IMG/VR virus record: IMGVR_UViG_3300046782_000572 | Reading direction: 5' to 3' (one strand) | Source of the DNA: an uncultured virus (IMG/VR IMGVR_UViG_3300046782_000572) | Taxonomy: Duplodnaviria; Heunggongvirae; Uroviricota; Caudoviricetes | DNA length: 20,000 bases | Part shown: piece after piece, positions 14,796 to 20,000 of the stretch | Layout of the letters: each line of letters begins with the position of its first letter | How positions within the stretch are numbered: position 1 is the first letter of the stretch | Notes under the pieces: generated by a model | What the model was told of the DNA's origin: nothing | Databases searched by the model: none | Seen by the model: the letters and a program-made list of their open reading frames with translations, nothing else | Translations under genes and position numbers: made by a program

Positions 14796-15667
14796 ACGAC
14801 CTTTTCAATGACACCTATATCAAAGTGCATCCCGCTGCCGACATTTTCCCGATGGTGCCGGACGACCAATTGGCGAGCCTCGTCGAAAGCATCAAAGCGA
14901 ATGGCCTTCGATATTCGATCGTCATCCGCAAAGTCGAAAATGGTGGTGGCGAGGTCGAGGATGAATTGATCGATGGCCGCAATCGATTGCGCGCCTGCAA
15001 GATCGCTGGCGTCGAGCCGAACTTCACGGTGTTCGAGGGCGACGAAGATGCGGTGCGGGCGTTCATCGCCGATGTCAATCTTGAGCGCCGCGACCTCAAG
15101 AAGGGCCAGAAGGCCGCGTTATATGCGAGACTATATCCAGAACCTGCAAAACTCAGGCGAAAGGGCGCTGGTGGTTCCGAATCGGAACAACTAACAAAGT
15201 CAAAAATAAGCGAAGCCCGCGCCGTCCTTCGCCATTCGCTTGCGCTTCTAGATGAAGTGATTGCCGATCGAACGCCACTCGACAAGGCGCTGGCCCAGGT
15301 CAAGGACGAACAGGCGCGCGCCAGCTCGACCGAGGCGAAGACTGAACGATTGCGCGCCGACGCGCCAGACCTCGCCGATCTTGTGGTCGATGACCGCATA
15401 AAGCTCGACGAGGCAATAGCGGCGCTCGAAAAAAGACGAGCGCAGGAGCGCGAGCAGCGCGAAGCAACTTTGCGCGTAATGGCAAATGCCGCCGACGCAG
15501 TTTCTGCTTTCGATAGTCAAACATTTTGCGATGCGGTCGAGGCAATCATCGCTGACCCGGTAACGTCCGCTGAATTCACCAAGCGTCTCGGGAGCGATGT
15601 TGACGTCGAAAGGCTCGAACGCGGCTGTGCCAAATTGATCCGCTTTCTTGGGGAGTTGGAACGATGA
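14792..15667 (+). CDS. ParB N-terminal-domain protein, 291 aa
   Basis: HPAADIFPM...LVESIKANGL...LIDGRNRLRAC...NLERRDL; ATGA overlap; GAGG RBS. Confidence 0.85.
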   Translation: MNDLFNDTYIKVHPAADIFPMVPDDQLASLVESIKANGLRYSIVIRKVENGGGEVEDELIDGRNRLRACKIAGVEPNFTVFEGDEDAVRAFIADVNLERRDLKKGQKAALYARLYPEPAKLRRKGAGGSESEQLTKSKISEARAVLRHSLALLDEVIADRTPLDKALAQVKDEQARASSTEAKTERLRADAPDLADLVVDDRIKLDEAIAALEKRRAQEREQREATLRVMANAADAVSAFDSQTFCDAVEAIIADPVTSAEFTKRLGSDVDVERLERGCAKLIRFLGELER

Positions 15668-16182
15668 CGCCAGAAGCCAAACAACTAATTGCCCATTTAC
15701 GGCGCGAAACCAAACGCTCCTATCTGCTTGAAGCAGGTCTTGCTGGGGGCACCGAAGAGCAGTTTCTAACTCACGTCTGGAAAGATCACCTCGCCCACCC
15801 CGACGCTTATCCATTGCATTCATTGCTCGCAGTCTGTGCCCGTGCAGCGTGGCGGGCAGCATCACCATGGGATAAGCGGGAGGATGAGGAGGCCGACGAG
15901 CACGACTTGTTTAGCGTCGCAGGTTTCAAACTCGACCGCGAACTGACAATCCCCGATCCGGTTGCGCCGATTAGACAGCGCCAAGTGCTAACTGAGATTG
16001 CGCCTATCGCTTTTCAGCGCGAGGACGCAATTATCACGATGACGCAAGGTGCTCGCATTTCGCAACGGGGGCTCGAAGCTATGCGGGCGTACCAAGAATT
16101 ACTGAAAAGAGCGGACGGCGATCCGCAGCAACTGATCGTCAAATTTGCCGATCTTCGGCCCAAAAAATCGAAATCCGCATGA
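15664..16182 (+). CDS. Hypothetical protein, 172 aa
   Basis: ATGA overlaps at both ends. Confidence 0.75.
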   Translation: MTPEAKQLIAHLRRETKRSYLLEAGLAGGTEEQFLTHVWKDHLAHPDAYPLHSLLAVCARAAWRAASPWDKREDEEADEHDLFSVAGFKLDRELTIPDPVAPIRQRQVLTEIAPIAFQREDAIITMTQGARISQRGLEAMRAYQELLKRADGDPQQLIVKFADLRPKKSKSA

Positions 16183-16796
16183 TCCTTCCTTCGGACCATA
16201 TCTTTGCCGGTCTGCCGGCGCGGTCCGCCAGGGCAATCCTCGCGGACCCGCCGTGGTATTTCCGAAACTACACTGGGTTTGTGTCTGATCGCGATCCGCG
16301 CGGACATTACAACGTGCTGACGCGCGAGCAGATAATGGCGCTGCCGGTGCGCGATCTAGTGGCGCACGATTGCCATTTGTTTTTGTGGGTGACAGGCCCA
16401 TGTCTGCCGCAAGCTTTCGACATCATGAATGCATGGGGTTTCAAATACTCTGGCGTTGCCTTTACATGGGTGAAGCTTAAACCCGGTGTCGATCCCGCGC
16501 GATTTTACGCCGACGACTTTCATACCGGGCTTGGCTTTACGACACGCAAGAACAGCGAGCAATGTTTGCTTGCTCGACGCGGCAATGCAAAGCGCGTCAG
16601 CAAGAGCGTGCGCGAGCTGATCGTCTCGCCGCGGCGCGAGCACTCGCGCAAGCCCGACGAAATCCACGACCGCATCGAGGAGTATTGCGCCGGCCCTTAT
16701 GTGGAGCTGTTCGCGCGGTCCTCGCGCAAAGGCTGGCGCACTTGGGGCCAGGAGTGCACGAAGTTCGACGAGACTATGCGGGAGGCCGCCGAATGA
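16179..16796 (+). CDS. MT-A70 family N6-adenine DNA methyltransferase, 205 aa
   Basis: ILADPPW, LFLWVT, AWGFKY, REHSRKPDE, ELFAR, WGQE motifs. Confidence 0.95.
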   Translation: MILPSDHIFAGLPARSARAILADPPWYFRNYTGFVSDRDPRGHYNVLTREQIMALPVRDLVAHDCHLFLWVTGPCLPQAFDIMNAWGFKYSGVAFTWVKLKPGVDPARFYADDFHTGLGFTTRKNSEQCLLARRGNAKRVSKSVRELIVSPRREHSRKPDEIHDRIEEYCAGPYVELFARSSRKGWRTWGQECTKFDETMREAAE

Positions 16797-17086
16797 CTCA
16801 CTGGGCCTCTTCCACCTTGCGGATGCGATCGTTCATGCGGCTGATTTGCGAATGCAGCGCGCGAATTTCCTGCAGCAACGCCGTGTGCGAGCCGTCGAGC
16901 CGCAACACGATGGCGGTCAGAACGCCCATGTCATCGCGGAGACTGCCGATCTCGGTCAGTGTTCGCTCAATCTGCCGGGCAATGAAGCTCAGGTCTGGTT
17001 CGGCCATCGAATCCTCTTTTCCTAATTTGGAAGATAAAGCGAAACGAGATGCGCTGCAACCAGGGGTGCGGGAGGCCGCCGAATGA
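16777..17086. repeat. 20-bp direct repeat flanking a 270-bp insert
   Basis: TGCGGGAGGCCGCCGAATGA at 16777-16796 and 17067-17086. Confidence 0.9.
16798..17007 (-). CDS. Small coiled-coil protein, 69 aa (moron-like)
   Basis: AGAGGA RBS; heptad-like helix; opposite strand, between the 20-bp repeats. Confidence 0.7.
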   Translation of the reverse strand: MAEPDLSFIARQIERTLTEIGSLRDDMGVLTAIVLRLDGSHTALLQEIRALHSQISRMNDRIRKVEEAQ

Positions 17087-17421
17087 GGCGCGTCATTCTC
17101 GAAAGCCCGTATGCGGGCGGACTGTTAGCGCGCTGGCTCAACCTGCGTTTTGCGCGCGCCTGCATGCGCGATTGCCTGATGCGGGGCGAGGCGCCGATCG
17201 CATCGCATTTGCTCTACACGCAGCGCGGCGTTTTGAATGACGACGTGCCCGATGAGCGCCAGCTCGGCATCGACGCCGGCCACGCGTGGATTGGGAGCGC
17301 TGAGGCGATGGTGGTCTACATCCCGCGCAGCGGCCAGATCACGCAAGGCATGGACATCGGCATCAAGCGCGCCAAGGCGATCGGCATCCCGGTCGAATAT
17401 CGGCGGCTGGGGGATGTGTGA
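17083..17421 (+). CDS. Conserved phage protein, possibly nucleoside-deoxyribosyltransferase-like fold, 112 aa
   Basis: VILESPYAG...RGEAPIASHLLYTQ...ERQLGIDAG...ITQGM; GGAGG RBS. Confidence 0.75.
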   Translation: MRRVILESPYAGGLLARWLNLRFARACMRDCLMRGEAPIASHLLYTQRGVLNDDVPDERQLGIDAGHAWIGSAEAMVVYIPRSGQITQGMDIGIKRAKAIGIPVEYRRLGDV

Positions 17422-17521
17422 TGGCCCGCATCCGCAGCATCAATGAATGGACACGGCGCTATCGATTGGAGAGCCCGATCGGGTTCATGGAGGCACAAGG
17501 AACGCCGTTAGGTGGTGCGCC

Positions 17522-18334
17522 ATGAATCGCTGGTTTCGGGTTTACGAAAACCTTCTCGACGACCCGAAGGTGCAACGTCTGCCCGGAGAGCTGTTCAAAA
17601 TGCTGCTGAACTTATGGTGCCTGACTTCTCGAAACGACGGTTTTCTGCCACCGCTAGACGACATTGCCTTTGCCGTTCGGCTCGATCAAAGCGACTGCGA
17701 TAATGCTCTGAAAGAATTGCAAAAACGTGGATTGATCGACAACGCTTCGGGGCGGCTCAAGCCGCACAATTGGGAGGGACGCCAATTCAGAAGCGACGTT
17801 TCAACAGAGAGGGTTAAGAAGTTTCGGAAACGAAAACGAAACGGCAGCGAAACGGCGAGTGAAACGCCCCCAGAGAGAGATACAGATACAGATACAGATA
17901 CAGATACAGAATCAGAGGGAAGAGAAAGAGTCGCGCGCGCGACCCCCCCTGAAACGTTTCACTGGCCGAAAAACTATCGGAAGCAGTTCGAAGATGTGTA
18001 CCCGGTGCAGCGGGGAATGGCTGCTGGTTTGGCCGCCCTCGAAAAGGTCAAAGGGAAAGTATCGTTTGAATTTCTGCTTGGCCAAATACGCAAATACGAA
18101 GCAGCAAAGCCGCCAGACCGCGAATGGCTGAATCCAAAAACCTACCTCGAACAGGAGCGGTGGAATGACAAACCAGCACGCGCCAACGGCAAGCACGAGC
18201 GCCATGTCGCCGACGAACTCGCCGAGGAAGCTCGCCGATTTGAGAGCCAGAGTAGCGGCGCGGCTGTCCGTGTCGGAGGCGCTGAACTTGGTGGGGATCA
18301 TGCTCAAGTCGTACCCGGCAACAAACCAAGCTGA
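17522..18334 (+). CDS. Phage replication initiator protein, 270 aa
   Basis: WFRVYENLLDDPKV...STERVKKFRKRK...DTDTDTDT linker...YP...NPKTYLEQERWND; AGGTGG RBS. Confidence 0.8.
   Translation: MNRWFRVYENLLDDPKVQRLPGELFKMLLNLWCLTSRNDGFLPPLDDIAFAVRLDQSDCDNALKELQKRGLIDNASGRLKPHNWEGRQFRSDVSTERVKKFRKRKRNGSETASETPPERDTDTDTDTDTESEGRERVARATPPETFHWPKNYRKQFEDVYPVQRGMAAGLAALEKVKGKVSFEFLLGQIRKYEAAKPPDREWLNPKTYLEQERWNDKPARANGKHERHVADELAEEARRFESQSSGAAVRVGGAELGGDHAQVVPGNKPS
17795..17961. repeat. Putative origin iterons (GAAACG) and (GATACA)5 inside the initiator gene
   Basis: Clustered GAAACG copies at 17827-17866, TGAAACGTTTCA palindrome at 17950-17961, GATACA x5 at 17879-17908. Confidence 0.5.
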
Positions 18335-18851
18335 TACTCGCGAATATGTCGTCGCACTCGCCGGCGCGCTTGTGCTGCACCCTCGCGAAATCGCTGCAGC
18401 ATGCGTTCATCCGGTCATCGGCGTCGTGCGCGAGTGCATGTTCAAACCGACGATCGCCGACATCGCGCGGTGGTGCGGGCGAGAAGAAACGCCGCTGTTT
18501 GCGGCGTACAATGCCGCAGAGGCAGAGGCCCGCACAGCGAACGCGCTCGCCAATGCGCCGCGCATCGTCGATCGCAGCGGTCGACCGGACATCGACGAGC
18601 TGCGAGCCGCGTACGGCGCGACATGGGGAATCCAAACCATCGCCGATCTCGAACGCGACGAAGCGCGCGCTGCGGATGATCGGCGCCAGCGCGAAAAGCG
18701 CGACCGGCAAGTGCTCGCTGAGTATGCCGCGCTCGGCCTCGATCCGGTCTATGCGAGCGATGGCACGCTGGCGTCGCCGTCGCTGTTGCGCTCGATCAAT
18801 CGCATGCCGAGGAAGTCCGAAAATGCGCCTGTCGACCATAGCGATCGATAG
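18165..18851 (+). CDS. Hypothetical protein, possible helicase-loader-like partner of the initiator
   Basis: Follows the initiator; MLKSYP...FKPTIADI pattern; start uncertain (18165 or 18204). Confidence 0.6.
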   Translation: MTNQHAPTASTSAMSPTNSPRKLADLRARVAARLSVSEALNLVGIMLKSYPATNQADTREYVVALAGALVLHPREIAAACVHPVIGVVRECMFKPTIADIARWCGREETPLFAAYNAAEAEARTANALANAPRIVDRSGRPDIDELRAAYGATWGIQTIADLERDEARAADDRRQREKRDRQVLAEYAALGLDPVYASDGTLASPSLLRSINRMPRKSENAPVDHSDR

Positions 18852-19308
18852 CGACCTGCCGCTCGTCCCGGCGCAGTGGTCCGCCGCCTGGGTGCAGCGA
18901 AGACTGATCGAGGCCTACAGCGTCGAGCGCCGCTTGCCGCGGACGCGGCGACGCGCCATCACCAACGCATGGCCCTCGACGGTGGTCGAGTTCGCCGATG
19001 TGGTCGGACGCGCCGATGATGCCCGCGAGCAGATTCTACAATCCTGGGAGTACGCCGATTCGAGCGTGTCGTCCGAGGACATCACCCGGATGGAAGCTGC
19101 TCACGACTGGTTGTGCACGATCCTGGGTCCGCATCCCCAAGAACGGCTGTGCCTCGGCCAGTGGGCGACCGCGATCGCCTATCGCCGATCACTGCGCAGG
19201 CTGTTATCGCAACGCCGTTGGTCGCGAACCACGTTCTACCGCTACGTCACCGCCGGTGCGCATGTCATCGCGCTGGAGCTGCGGCAGCAGGGCGAACCTG
19301 TGACTTGA
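18823..19308 (+). CDS. DUF6362-like protein, putative late-gene regulator, 161 aa
   Basis: WSAAWVQRRLIEA...RRLP...AWP...ITRMEAAHDWL with C-terminal HTH-like SRTTFYR; sits at the antiterminator-Q position. Confidence 0.6.
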   Translation: MRLSTIAIDSDLPLVPAQWSAAWVQRRLIEAYSVERRLPRTRRRAITNAWPSTVVEFADVVGRADDAREQILQSWEYADSSVSSEDITRMEAAHDWLCTILGPHPQERLCLGQWATAIAYRRSLRRLLSQRRWSRTTFYRYVTAGAHVIALELRQQGEPVT

Positions 19309-19333
19309 CAGCAACAGTACCTATGGTACCAAT
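19305..19333 (+). promoter_or_regulatory. Putative late promoter
   Basis: TTGACA (19305-19310)-N17-ACCAAT overlapping the stop of the putative late regulator. Confidence 0.5.
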
Positions 19334-19508
19334 TGGGCCACCCTTACATGTTTGAGTGGAAACGCGCGCCAGGGCCTCGCCCATGCGTCTTTGCACTTCC
19401 CTATATCACCCTACATCTCACCTAAAAACAAAACGCACCAGCGGCCTTCTGGCGGCCCTGGCTGGCCTCACTTGGCTTGGCCTGTTCGCTGACCAGGGAC
19501 GTAGCATC

Positions 19509-19904
19509 ATGCCCGACATCGAGGTCGACACTTCGAAGATCGAAAAGCGCATCAGCGATATGATGCACAAGATCGATCACATGAAGCGCGTCGAGATCGG
19601 TCATGAGTTGAGCGAGTGGCAGACCGCGGACCTCGATCGCAAGAAACCGTTCACCATGCGCTTTCGTTCGCGTGGTCAAGCCAAGACTGTGATCCGACCG
19701 CATAGCTTGTTCGAAGTGAAGCGGTCGCGCTTGTATCAGAGCGGCATGAGGCGACGCATCAAGCGCGGCAGCAAGAGCAAGCGAACACTCGCCGCGCTGT
19801 CACATTACGAACCGAAGACGTCGACGCGTCCGATCCTGCGACAGGCAATGGAAGATCTGCTGTGGGCCCGTATGCGGGCGATGCTCGATAAACTCAAATG
19901 GTGA
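19509..19904 (+). CDS. Basic hypothetical phage protein, 131 aa
   Basis: MPDIEVDTSKIEKRISDMM...; AGGGA upstream; protein-like composition. Confidence 0.6.
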   Translation: MPDIEVDTSKIEKRISDMMHKIDHMKRVEIGHELSEWQTADLDRKKPFTMRFRSRGQAKTVIRPHSLFEVKRSRLYQSGMRRRIKRGSKSKRTLAALSHYEPKTSTRPILRQAMEDLLWARMRAMLDKLKW

Positions 19905-20000
19905 CCTCAAAGAAGGGCCCGGGGGGGAGGGTCCAAAGCTAGGATGGGCGCTGGGCCGCGGCGCGCACGCCGTCTCGTTTCAACGGCCGCAGGTTTTGGA

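Noticed and set aside
17879..17908. (GATACA)5 as a novel repeat element
   Set aside because: In-frame Asp-Thr linker common in phage replication initiators

Overview
GC-rich early region of a temperate dsDNA phage. The GapR-like, DnaA-C-like and XRE genes suggest an alphaproteobacterial, probably Rhizobiales-like, host. A long leftward block carries yqaJ-like exonuclease, recT, excisionase, tyrosine integrase with an attP-like region, and many small accessory genes. A rightward block carries Cro-like, GapR-like, HNH-RuvC fusion, ParB-domain, MT-A70 methylase, replication initiator and putative late regulator genes. The main finding sits between yqaJ and recT. It is a cassette with a RAMP/Cas7-like gene (10531-11544), a conserved accessory gene (10001-10534), a ~1.3 kb non-coding array of 5-nt GGY-NN units split by 4-nt phase slips (8700-9995), and a single orphan unit (11639-11703). 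Reading only the variable NN dinucleotides as codon positions 1-2 (third base skipped) spells recognisable motifs: tyrosine-integrase DLRHSYASLAAG and LWTLPAVRVKN, patatin/CapV-like DGGLWANNPV, DUF2800-like AFGTADLIVRVG, and a near-copy of this phage's own recT (VPFGE..EDGQ). This points to an RNA-guided system with a gapped, wobble-skipping code aimed at competing mobile elements and possibly host defence genes. From memory it matches the recently described VIPR-type systems. All family calls come from motif recognition by eye; no database search was run.
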